Source: Octopus vulgaris
Lineage: Eukaryota
NCBI GenBank assembly: GCA_951406725.2
Contig: OX597829.1
Span: 26,846,001 to 26,910,000, forward strand
Length of the DNA stretch: 64,000 bases
Reading direction: 5' to 3'
Shown: piece after piece, positions 28,001 to 41,257 of the stretch
How the letters are laid out: every line of letters starts with the position of its first letter
How positions within the stretch are numbered: position 1 is the first letter of the stretch
Notes under the pieces: generated by a model
Databases searched by the model: none
Told to the model about the DNA's origin: nothing
Seen by the model: the letters and a program-made list of their open reading frames with translations, nothing else
Position numbers and translations under genes: made by a program

Positions 28001-28368
28001 TGCACAGGTGCCAGGCGAGGCTGGCAACAGCCATGGTCGGATTGGTGCATTTTACGTGCCACCGGCACGGAAGCCAGTCGAGGCGGCACTGGCATCGGCC
28101 ACGATTCGGATAGTGCTTTTTATGTACCACCAGTCCAGGGGTCCTGGCATCTGCCGGGTGCCAGTCATAGGATTGGTTCAATTTCGATTCCGATTTCGAT
28201 TTCACTTGCCCCAACAGGTCTTCGCATGGGTGCCTGTCGTCGGATGAGGTTCGATATTGACTTCGCTTGCCTCAACAGGTCTTTGTGTGTCCAAGGGAGG
28301 AAAGGCATGCATAAGTGGGCTGGACTCACTTGTCCTGCCTGGTCTTCTCACGCACAGCATATTTCCAA

Positions 28369-28402
<34 letters not shown>

Positions 28403-28678
28403 TTCGTTTTTGGATTTGGTTTGCAAGATTCTTTATATGAGTTCGTGTGTTGAAGCATATTCTGTTGTCTCTGGGAGAGTCATTTTCTTTTTGTGCCTTA
28501 TAATTTAACACACTCACCGGTAAAATTTCCACTTATTATTTTTATTTTCCTAAAATTTTCGTTGCATCTTGCAACCTTTTCAATAGTCTTGACTCTCTCT
28601 TGAGAGTCAAGTGGAAATTTTACCGGTGAGTGTATTAAATTATAAGGCCCAAAAAGAAAATTACTCTCCCCAGACACA

Positions 28679-28712
<34 letters not shown>

Positions 28713-30431
28713 GAGAGAGAGGGGGGGTGTATAAGACAGAGAAACAGATAGATGGATATGACAGATAGAGAGAAGGAGATTTAATAATCTAAAAGTTGTT
28801 ATTTCTAGTATCAAATTATATTTTTTTATTAATATTTACAGAAAACCTGTTTGGAACACAGATTTCAAGAATCAAAATCCGTTTTGTTGAGGACACACCA
28901 TGCACTCAATTATATTGCAGATATACGTATACACATATACATAAATGCACACACACACACACACACACGGTGAAGTATAACTGCATTAAAATATTCTCCT
29001 AGATAATATTAAAAATGGAAATACCGGCATATGAGATCTTTGGTTTGTAGTATTGGAGGCATTTGATTTTTCTTTGCTACCTGCAATTATACAAGAGAAT
29101 TATCATCATTTAGACAATTTCTGCACATATAAAATTCAAAGCAAATGTTTATAATTGTTACAATTACACTATATTTATAATCAAGTCAACAGGGTAAATT
29201 AATCTATATGTGAAAGCTGTAACTGCTAACTTTATTAGTAGATCCTCATGCTTTTCTAAGATGCCAAGGGTTCATAACCCAGCAGTTACCTATACAGCAT
29301 TGTATCCCGGATAAAGACATTTAGTTTCGTTTTATAAGCAAGTACAACTTAACACTGGGTAAAAAGTCTTGTGAGAGAATTTGGTAGAGAAAAATCAAAG
29401 AAATTGTTTGCGCATGCAAGTGCATAAGAATGCACCCTCTCCTTGTTGTGTCATAATGTGACAGTTGTAAATTAATATCTCAGCCATACAAGCAATGTCC
29501 TTTATTACCAATCTTCCATGGAAACATGTCCATCTCTGGAGAAACATTATCTTGCTTAAAAACAGGTGAGGGTTTATGACAGAAAGAGTATCTAGGAAAT
29601 CTGCCTCAACAAATTCTATTGGATCCATACAATTAGCATGGAAATTGAAATGATGATTGTTATTAATGGTGACACCAAATTAGAAGACTAAGATAGAATC
29701 ATATGTTTACCTGAAAGAGACCGATCCCCACTGTCTTGGGAATTGCTTCGTGAATGGACTCCGTCCTTCAAGTGTTGGCTATGCTCTAAACTGTCTTTAG
29801 ACCAACGATTTTCCTTATTTTCAGCCAATTTCACAGATGATGTCATCTCTCCAGATATTTCTGTAGGACCAGCTTCACACTTTTCAGGTGAAGACTTCAC
29901 ATCAGATCTAATAAAATATAACAAACATTTATAATCAATTATTATAATAATCATTTTTAATTTTCAATAAATATTTAAGATGTAAAAATATATTTACAAG
30001 AAAAATAGCAATCACATGTAAATTACTGACTCTAGCAATATCTAAAATAGGAAAAAGACTAACAGGAACCAATAAAGAAAATATAATTGTTCAGAATGGT
30101 GCTAATGTAACAACCAATAATGAAGATCATATCAGGGAAAATTTTTGAATTAAGGTTGTAATCCATTTTTGGAATCAATTCACTATTTCAAAAATACCTT
30201 TCAGAATGACATTTACACACACAAAAAGTTAAAAATTAAAAAATGGGAGTAAAATTTGCTAAAATGTCTTGTTTTCCTTCTTTAAATAACAGTAAATATT
30301 TCAAAATAACATTTGAAATGAAGTCAAGTCATTTACACAGTCAACATTCTGGAAATGATAACAATAATGTTAAATAATAAAATGATTACATGTCTCAAAT
30401 GAAAAGACCAACCAACAACCTCTGTGGAGAT

Positions 30432-30463
<32 letters not shown>

Positions 30464-33400
30464 TTTATACATTTATTACTAACATATTCATGCACACTAG
30501 AACAAAAATGGAATTTACTATGAGATTGTGAGAGAGAAAAAATTCCCTCTGTAGATTTCATGTGTTAAAACATCAACCATGCTTGCTTCACTTGTAGCCT
30601 GTCCATAGAGAGAAGTTTTACACCAAGAAAAAAAACCTCATAGTGAATGCCTTTCCTGTTCTAGCATGCAGGATAGCTTTAAAAATAAATGTACACATCT
30701 ATATTATAATGCTCAGTAGTGTGTGTGAATTTTGTCAAGAATAAGGTTGACAAAATTAAGTTTTATAAATTTCTTATGATAGGAAAGGTTTCTTCTTGGA
30801 AAACATGGAAGCTTGTCATATAATTTTTAAAACTAAAACTACTTTTAAAAAATGTGAGAAAACAGCAATCAATAATTGTTTTTGTATAAATTTTTCTTTA
30901 AAAAGAAAATGAAATTTTTTAAAAAATCACTCTTTGATTGGAATAATTTGCTGTTTTCTTTAAACTTTTTGGATTATAATTATTATTATTATAAAAATGA
31001 TCATAACTTCATTGAGTTTAAATGAAATAATCAAAGCAAAAGAGGGAAGTAGAGAGGAGTACATTTGTAGATAGCTGCAGAACAAAGCTTTCTGTTACAC
31101 TTCAACAACTTTTGTTACAAGCATGCAAATTAGCTATTAGCTGTTTAATTTAAGTAGCATTTTTGGCAATTTTTCAATAATGCTTTCGAAACAGCATTTA
31201 ACCCTTTAGCATTCAGATTTCCCTGTCAAATGTAACGATGATTTATTCATATTGATTTTAATTAATCATACATTATCTTGTACGCTTGAGATTTCAATGA
31301 CATGATTGTTTATTTTTTAGAGTAATATAGCAGATCTGGCTGGTGTGAAGATAAGATAAGTATATTATTTTGGCCAAATATGGCTGGTTTAAATGCTAAA
31401 GGGTTAAGGGAAATCTTAGTGGAAAAAAAAAATTTGTGACATGAATAAGTATGTTTATTTTGGTAAAAATACAAGGGGGAAAATTAACAACTAACTTTTA
31501 TGTTCAATAATTACTTGGGCAAGTCAAAAGAGTGTTAGATTACAAACTGAAGGATCAGTGGTTAATAGCTTGTCAATGGTATTGGGCTGTAATCAAGATA
31601 TAATTTTTTTAGATCTAACCCAATTACATATCTATAAGTATCATGTAGAGTTTTACTTTATTCATAGAAGTTATGTGATCATCATGAAATGGACAAGAGA
31701 CCCAATGGCTAACAATACTGAAACCCCTAATTGTTGTAAAATGGACTGTCCTGAACTCAAGAGTCAATCATCTTCCTAACAAATGAACTTGATGGGGACA
31801 AAAAAAAAAAAATTGATTTAATTCATCACACCTATGATTTAACTAATGGTGTGTGGGGAGGGGCTCTTCACAGTTGATTGACTTGCTAGAGCAGCTAAAT
31901 CTTCCCCAATCACTCCTATTGTCTTAAAAAAAGGAACATTTTGTATAATGTGATCCTAGATACACTATATAAAAATTTTTTAAAAAACCAAAAAGACACC
32001 GCTGGAATACCTGTTGATAAGATTTGGTTAACTCAGAACAGATTTGTCATTATTGACAATATACTTTCGACAATTTACTAAACAATGCAATAATGACCAT
32101 TTCTAATAGGCACCAATGAAAATTCTTTCATGTCCACAAAAAATAAAACAGACAAAGTTTTAATGGATGGGAGACTTAAGTAACACTTTATTCCTTTTGT
32201 TATCATTTTATCTTGAAATACAATCTTTGTTTCAGTTAATTTTCAAAATAATGAATTTAGTAACGTAACTGTCATTTTGATGGAAGGTTCTAATCTAGTT
32301 CACTTTAACTCTATTGTTGCCCTATTTTCATAACTTGTTTTAATTAATTTTGAAAATAATGAAGAATTTAATCAAATAACTTTATTATTCATAATCTAGT
32401 GCTTGAGCATAACATGAAATTTTGGTAGAAGGATTTACTCTTTTACTTGTTTCAGTCATTTGACTGTGGCCATGCAGGAGCACCGCCTTTAGTCGAGCAA
32501 ATTGACCCCAGGACTTATTCTTTGTAAGCCTAGTACTTATTCTATCAGTCTCTTTTGCCGAACTGCTAAGTTACGGGGACATAAACACACCAGTATCGGT
32601 TGTCAAGCGATGTTGGGGGGACAAACAGAAACACACAAACATACACACACATACATACATACATACATATATATACAATGGGTTTCTTTCAGTTCCCGTC
32701 TACCAAATCCACTCACAAGGCTTTGGTCAGCCTGAGGCTATAGTAGAAGACACTTGCCCAAGGTGCCACACAGTGGGACTGAAGCCGGAACCATGTGGTC
32801 AGTAAGCAAGCTACTTACCACACAGCCACACCTACGCCTATGGTTTAGATCACTTTAAAACTTAGAACCAGAAGTAGTTTCTCAGACAGATTAGTAGCAA
32901 AAAGGTTAACAATTTCACCTGGTCCTTAGGTGACTTTGGAGGAGTCAATTATGTTGCAAACATTTGACCCAGTTCTCCTGCTTGAAGCATCCTCAACTCC
33001 CTACTATCAGTCTCAGAAGCTCTGTATAAGGGGATCAAGGGTACTACCATTCATCTTTGGACATAAACAATTATTTTTTTAAAATGTTAAGGTTTACAAT
33101 AGAATAAACTTCTATTGCAAAAGTGCTTTAACCAACACGTAATGTAAGTGAAAATTAGCTGAAATGCACCCAAATGTGCAAATAGAATCAGCTCAGGGTA
33201 GCAGAGATAAGAAAAAAAAACTTTAGACCTGAAAATGTTGGACTTCATACATAGGATTCAGCAATGAAATATATGTGAAATATTGTATTTACAACTATAT
33301 CCAACCTATGACACACAGAAGGAGCAACTAAAACTGACGACACAACAAATGATATGATGGTGGGGTTGACAATGGTGATAATAATATGACTAAAAAATAC

Positions 33401-36400
33401 AGCAAAATTATTACATAGCATTTTTTTTTTTTTTGGTAAAAACCAGGCATAAAAGTGAAAAAAGCCATTTATGTGTTCATAAGATCAAAAGAGAAGCATA
33501 AATATATTTTTTTCACTAAAATAAAATGGCAGCACCTTAATTATTTTCAGATAGGGATAAAAAAAAAAAAATACCCAGCAAAGTAGATATGCATTGGCAA
33601 AGAATCTTCTCTACAGCAAAGTGTAAAGAAGAATACTGGATGGAGTACCAAATAATGAAAAGAGAAACCTGGCATATTTTAAGTGAACTGCACTGACCAG
33701 AATTTGCAAACTGCTTAGGTTTGGGAACCCCCTAAACAATTGGTAATATAAGAGAGAGAAAAAAAAATGCAAACAAGAAATTATCATACAAATTTTGATT
33801 TCAAGTTCTCAAAATGTAATTCAAAGAGGAAAATAAAAATTAAAAACAAAAAGAAAACTTCAATTCATTAACTCTGATAGACATCCATCGGTCTCTAGCC
33901 CTCAGGCAGGCATGTTGTCTCTTTTCTCTATCTCTTCTGTCACTACTATTAATAGCTTCTCTTCTTCAGATATTTCTGGTCTGGCACTTTCACCACCCAT
34001 ACAACTTTAACCCTCTCATCTTTCTGCCACTCATCACTGTTATTACATCCATTCAGCCCTAACCTTTGTGTGGTAAACAAGAGGAAAGTAACATCTAACA
34101 GAAAACTAGATTTTTCATCATCTTCACTTCTAGCAAGGATTGGATGTGATTTTTCAAACCAGTGAAACACTAAAATTCACGCATTTCTTTAAAATAATAA
34201 TTATTTCTAACACAGGTGCAAGACCAGTATTGAAAGGAAGGAGTTATTTGATACCATCAACCTCAGTACTCAACTCATACTTTATGTGACTGATCTTGGA
34301 AGTTAGACTCAAGTTGGTTAAAACAGTAACCAAATCAAAATTGAAACAAAACGATACTAATAGTCATATATACAAATACAGAGTTAGCATTGACAGATTT
34401 ACATGTGTTAAATACTGGTGAGGGTGAAAGACTAAGAGATGAATTAACTCTTTAGCATTTAAAGTGGTCATATCTGACCCAAATATTCTACCTGTTTAAT
34501 GTTCAAACTGACCAGCTGCTTGAAAATAAATCATCACTTCATTGAAGTCTTGAAGTCATGAGATAATGTATGATTAATACAAAACTATGTGAATAAATAA
34601 ACATTACTTTTGACAGCGTAATCTGAATGCTAAAGGGTTAAGAATAGGAGAGATTTGATGAATGGAATAACAGAAAGAATGAGTAAACACAATATATACA
34701 TGTATATGGAGACAGAGATCACTGTTAGTGATATGAGATGGTCACCTTGTAAAACTTTCCAGTTTGAGATTTGTGACTATTTTTCATAAATAAATCTACC
34801 AATACTGATTAACATAATCAATTACACTAACTAAATCCATCACCAATATAACAGAGGAAAACTGAACTCGTGAAGTACTCTCATAAAGTGGTTGTCAAGT
34901 ATAACAATAACTTATAGATCAATATGAAATTCAATAACTTTTTTGATGTTACTATAAGTGCCTAGGGCTCTGCAGAAACCAGTGAGCTTGTTGGACTACC
35001 TACTGCACAAAATGTAAATCTACTTTCCCGGAATCATGAGCAGTTTTTATGATGAGAGGTTTTCAATTCTAAATATGTCATATGTGACTGGTGAATACAG
35101 AGGGAACCTTTACAACTTCTTTAACCGTTTTGTGTTCTGATTATTCAATCAAACATAATGCCTATTGATTCCCATTAATTTGAATTAATCATGCATTATC
35201 TCATATCTTCAAGATCTTGATGGTGTAATTACTTAATGTAGAATAACATTGTAGGGTAGGTGTGAGAGCCTGGATCTGGTTAGTTTGAACATAAAACAGA
35301 TTAACTATTTGGGCCGGATATGGCCGGTTTAAGTACTAAAGGGTTAAAGACCTGTGTTTCTGATTAACCATCAAAGCTCATCTCACTCACAGAACTCAAT
35401 TCCCAGGATGTTACTCTGAACTTCAATTCCTTTTATTACTCAATATACAAACCTAATAAAAAACTAAAATATAACCATCCCTGACAGCCTTACCCCAAAT
35501 ATCTTATGTATGCTGACATTAAATGATGATGATGATTACAAAATACAGATTTTTCACAACACATCACAATATTATAACGAAACCCTTAGAAGTTGTTCTA
35601 AGTATACTATCTTATATAAGAACAACTACTTACCCACAACAATCAAAATGGTAACCTAGTATTTATCTCCATTCAGTATTACAGTAACTATATGAATAGC
35701 CTGAATTTTCCACTTAAAACATAAATATGATAGAATCTTTAATGAAAATAGCTAAACTTTTGCATTTAACTAGTCCAAAATACATAATGTAGCATATTAT
35801 ATCACTGCTAAACTTAGTAAATTTAACAAAACCACTAACAACAAAACACCAACACCTACAACTGCTCTGACTCTAACAATTGCTTTTGGAATCTAACAGT
35901 ATAGCTGAGGACATTGTGTACCAATGATATGGCAATATGACCTTAAATCCATTTAAATCAAAATTTTGTTCACGCATGCATTCCCTTAACAGAACTCCAA
36001 TAGAAGCAAAACAAACATCATTGGATAATGTGCTGGTGCAGGGATTTTGTGCTGAAATCGGGCATACTTTGAGCTGCCTCATTTCACTGGTATCCTTGTG
36101 TGTTTTGATTAAGCAGTAGAACCATAGTATGGAGTAGTGGTATGCTAGTGAAACATTTTTTGAGAGCTTTTTTTTTTTAACTCATTAAAAATTTTCTTTA
36201 AACAATTTTGAGATTCAAGATTTTCTAGAAAATGTTCAATGATACCAAACATCTTTGGTTACATATATTTGTTATAGAATAATTTGATTCCACATCACGT
36301 TAAATGGAGGTGGATATTTGGCTATGTTTCTTTCCCATTTGTATTTTTTTATTGAGATGTAGATGTCAGTGTTGTTATGTAACAGACTTTATTCTTAAAG

Positions 36401-39400
36401 CAACTTCTGTTGTAATATTGGGATGTGCTGTGAAAAACCTGTTCATTACCTGAAAGTTGAGAAATGATCAGGATGCAGTTGCCTGAGATGATTACAATCC
36501 TAATTCACCATTTCATTAGGATATGAGAAATAATAAAGGAAACTGGAGACATACAAGGAAATAAACACTGTGGGTCCAGGCATGGCTGTGTGGTTGAGAA
36601 GCTTGCTTTCCAAACATATGATCTTGGATTCGGTTCCACGGTGTAACACCTTGGATAAATGTCTTCTATTAATTATATTCCATATATTTTTATAATATAA
36701 TAAAAAATAAAGTATTCTTATTGGGGTAAGAACACTAGCAGAGACTCCTCCAGCTTATAAAACAGACCGTGGTCCTATGCAGAGAGATCAGTTATTGCTT
36801 ATGACAAGGGATGAAATATTGGTGTTTGTGATTACAGTCATTTCCAGTGCAATATCAGCTTTTAAATGCTTTAACTTCTTTTTAAAATGGGCAAAATGAT
36901 GCTGAGCATTTTTCCTGCCACACTAGTTTTTCATTCTAATGTTACTGTAGAACACTGACTGTATTTTCCACTTTTCTTCAACATGGATGATGTCAATCAT
37001 TGTGCACACATACCCACATGTATATACACACAGATTCAAGCACAAATACTTGAAAATATACACAAAGATGCATGCATGCATGCAACATACCACACACACA
37101 CATACATATGCACAAGTTTATGCATTTTAATGTAATTATTTAACTTAAACTAGTTAAATAAATCAATGTCTTATTATAGAAATTAATGGAGATTATAAAC
37201 AATATTGTTGCATGATAATCTCTAATCACAATTGTTTCCAATGTAGGCATAAGGCCTGTAATTGTAGAGGGGGGGGGTGTTAGCTGATTAAATCAACTCC
37301 TGTACATGATCTAAATAGGGATTTGATCTCAGAATGTAAAGACCCAGAAAAATACAAGATGTTTTGTCCAACAATCTAATGATTTTACCAATCCAATGCC
37401 ATAGTAATAACAACAAAAATAATTTTTTTTTACTATAGGCACCAGGTCAGAAAAGCAAAGGGCAAAAGTACCAGTCAATTACAATGCCTTCAGTGCTTCA
37501 CTGGTGCTTAATTTATCAACCCCAAAAGGCTAAAAGGCAGTGTAGAATTTAAACTCATAATGTAAAATTGAATGAAATGCTCAACAGCATTTTATCTGAT
37601 GTACCAATAATTCTGCCACTTAAGGAAGAAAAAAAAAAAAAAAGGAAATGATAACAGTTTCTAATTAAATACTGACTCCAGTACTTAACTGGTACATTAT
37701 TTCCCTGACTTCACTAAAGGATGAAAGCCAAAGTTGACTTTGGCAAGGCTTGGACTCAGAAAGTAAAGAGCTCAATTAAAAACAAACTTAATAGCCCCAC
37801 CATTAATTGATCTGACCTCCAAACTCATCTTTTATAAAAAAAGAACAGTAGCCAATATAGACACAATTTTAAAAGTTTCAAACAGAGGATATATAAATAC
37901 ATAGATCCTAGATATTTATCTGGCCAGCAAATTTATAGACTAAAAAAATAAAACTGAAAGGCAAAGTCAATTTACTCTGTACAATACTTGTATTTTATCT
38001 GGAGATATGTGGATAGAGAGGGAGAATAACACCAAGTTCCACACAATTAGTCACCTTCCCAAGATGTCACCAGAGGTTATCTTACCGAGATGAAACTGTT
38101 GGTCATCTCCAAATGCTGTAAAACTGCCCATCATCCCCATATGGCATAACTGGTCATCTTATTTAGATGACTGACAATAGTTTATCTCCAGATGCAAAAT
38201 ATTTGTATTAATTAGCTGCTAGTTTCCTTTCTCACCTTTCAAATTTGTTGTGAAAAATCACACACCTGCATTAACTCCAATTTGAACTGCCATTTCTTCT
38301 CCGCACATGCATAGGTAATATAATGTTAACAACTGACAAGAACTAAATGAAACCTAATGGCTAATATAGCCACTCATACCAGTAATTAAGCACCACAAAT
38401 TTTGACCCCCAATACCTCCATGCACACATCATAGCATGAAATGCACTTGTGATTTATTTCATTTCTTTAATCGTACTTTCAGAGGTTTGTACATTTGTGA
38501 ATATTCACCTAAGGTACACTTTTCTTCTATGTTTATATGCTTTCATATATTTCATAACACCTGCTAGTATAGACAAAATTCTTTCAAGCCATGTACAGGA
38601 GAGCCATCAGTAAAGTGTGAGTTATCACCAGTACAGCAATGAATTTAGAGTATGTGTAGGAGTTTACCAGGGCTTGAATCTCTATTCCCTCCTTTTCATC
38701 ATTTTCCTCCAGATAACGGAAGAATTTAAAACTAGGTACCCTGGAGAACTATTATAGTTATCTTGTAACACACCACCACCACTTAACCATGTTTTTGTCT
38801 TGTAAGTTACTTGGCAACCTCACTAGTACCCAAGGCATGAAAAAAGCTTCCATCCAACTGTAGCAAACATGCCATAGCTGACACTGGAGCTTAACAGATC
38901 CTGTCAAACCATCCAACCCTTGCCTGGACAGAAAACAAGTTAAACGATGATGATGAAGATATCATACAAACTTCTATAGTACTGAGTTTTTTTTTTAACT
39001 GAGACTATTCTTGTTCCCATGAACAAATACACCCTATATATATAAATATATATGTGTGGGTGTGTGTATGTGTGAATGTATGTGTGGATGTGTGTGTGTT
39101 CACGTGCAAAATATATAATTATGAATGCTTAACTTACAAAGAATATTTCTTGATAATAAAAAGATATTATCCTTAACCCTTTAGTATTCAGATTACTCTG
39201 TCAAATGTAACTTATCAATTCAAATTGTTTTGAATTAAGCATTATCTGGTTGCTTCAAAATTTTAATGATGTGGTTGTTTATTTTTAGAATGACATTATA
39301 GGATAGATGGGAGAAGCCAGACTGACCAGTTTGAACATAAAACTTAGAATAATTTGACCGGAGATGGCCAGTTTGAAAGCTAAAGGGTTAAAGGTAGAAA

Positions 39401-41226
39401 ACTTGTGACTTATGAAAATCCTTTAAACTTTTAAGAGAAATACATTTAATAACTTAATCTCAGAGAAAATCCCAAAAGCAACAGCAGTGTTAATAATATT
39501 AGTTTCAAATTTCGGCACAAAGGCCAGCAATTTCAGGGGAGGAGCTAGCAGATTACATCAACTATTTTGCTCAACTGGTACTTATTTTATCAATCCCAAA
39601 AGGGTGAAATGTAGAGTCAACCTCAGTGGAATTTTAACTCAGAATGTAAAAATGGGCAAAATGATGCTGAGCATTTTTCCTGGTGTGTAAATGATTCTGT
39701 CAGCTTTAACAGATTCCACCAGCTTTAAGAAGAATAGCAATAACAAATAGAAATAAGGATTATTTTTTAAATAATGGAACAATATAAAATAATTCTTGGA
39801 ATTCATTTCTTGAATCTGTAGATTAGTAATTACTCTTATACAATGACCAAATCTATAATAATGGTTTTCTCTCTTTGCTAGATACCCTACTGTACTAATA
39901 ACTATCATGAACAGACAGATTTTACATCCTTTATTGAATTTACAGCCAGCTGTAGCTTTTATTCAAATTTTGAGTTAAAAAGAAACTCTAAAAATGTAAA
40001 CATTCTGGATGCTATGTATCTAATGCCTATGTTGTTTAAATTCTTCTAGCCTGTAGTAGTTCATCTAAAGAAAAATCCCTTTACAAATGTAGTGTTAAAA
40101 AACCAGTATACCTCAAAACAAAATGAAATGAAAACCCTTTAGAATAGCTTGAACTTTTCTTGCAACTTTAAACCACTCAATCCCAACCAAAAAGCAGATT
40201 TACTTAATTTGTACCAAATTGTACTTATGCAGTAAAATTTAATTGGGATGTTTTTTGAAAGTTAAATTTTATTTAAATTCTCAAATTAGAATTTGTAAAC
40301 AAAACATATCAAAGTGCAAATAACAGCTCAGCTGTTTCATTTCCTTTTGTCTATTATTTCCATTTGTTATTATTTTTGTGATTCAAGGAATTGAAACTTT
40401 TCCTTAAGTTTTCCTTTCTGTATTCAACATTAATGCATTCTAGACTTCTCGAAAACTAAAAATAAACATACAATATAACACTCAATGTATACCCAACGGT
40501 ATAAACTGAGCTCCAGGAGTGGTTAAAAAGATCCAAATTTCATCTAAGTATTCTACAAAAGATAGCTTTATTAAGAGTTCAGCATACTTCATACATTGAG
40601 AACTTAAAGGTGAATACACATAACATTTACAAACAGAAAATACATTCCCCACATTTCTGCGAGATAAATAGAATTGATTTTGGTGCATGCTGGAAAAAGG
40701 TACTAAAATAAGTGGTAAGAACAACAATAATCATTTCAAACAAAGGCTCAAGGTTATACATTTTGAGAGATAAGACAGTTGATTAAATCCACAACCTTAT
40801 ATAACTATCGGTACCTTCTATATTGACCCCTAGAGGGTCAACAGGTAAAAAGCAATGCTAGTGAGATTTGAAACAAAAATATAAACAATATAACCAATTA
40901 CTGAAAGACATTTTTGATCAATTTCATCCACCCACCAGCCTAACAACAACAGTAATAATTACCTTGGATTGCCATTCGCATCAGGTGGTATAGCTACTAC
41001 TTTAACTGTTGATGATGTACGCAATAAATCTACTATTTGCTCGTGGGTCATAGTTATTGTAGCTATTTTGCAAATTTCAACTAGTCGCGTTCCTTTCCTG
41101 ATTCCAGCATCCCAAGCAAAACCATAATGTTCAACATCAGTTACAATTCCTTCAGCTTGTATATGGAAACCAAGTTGTCCCAGACCATTTCGCTTCAGTG
41201 TCATTTCTTGTGTCTGGAAAATATGG

Positions 41227-41257
<31 letters not shown>

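Noticed and set aside
38086-38170. Possible extra exon in the 11-kb intron (gtaag donor at 38081-85)
   Set aside because: The phase-2 reading required after the PDZ exon hits a stop, and the PDZ exon already splices in frame to 29907.
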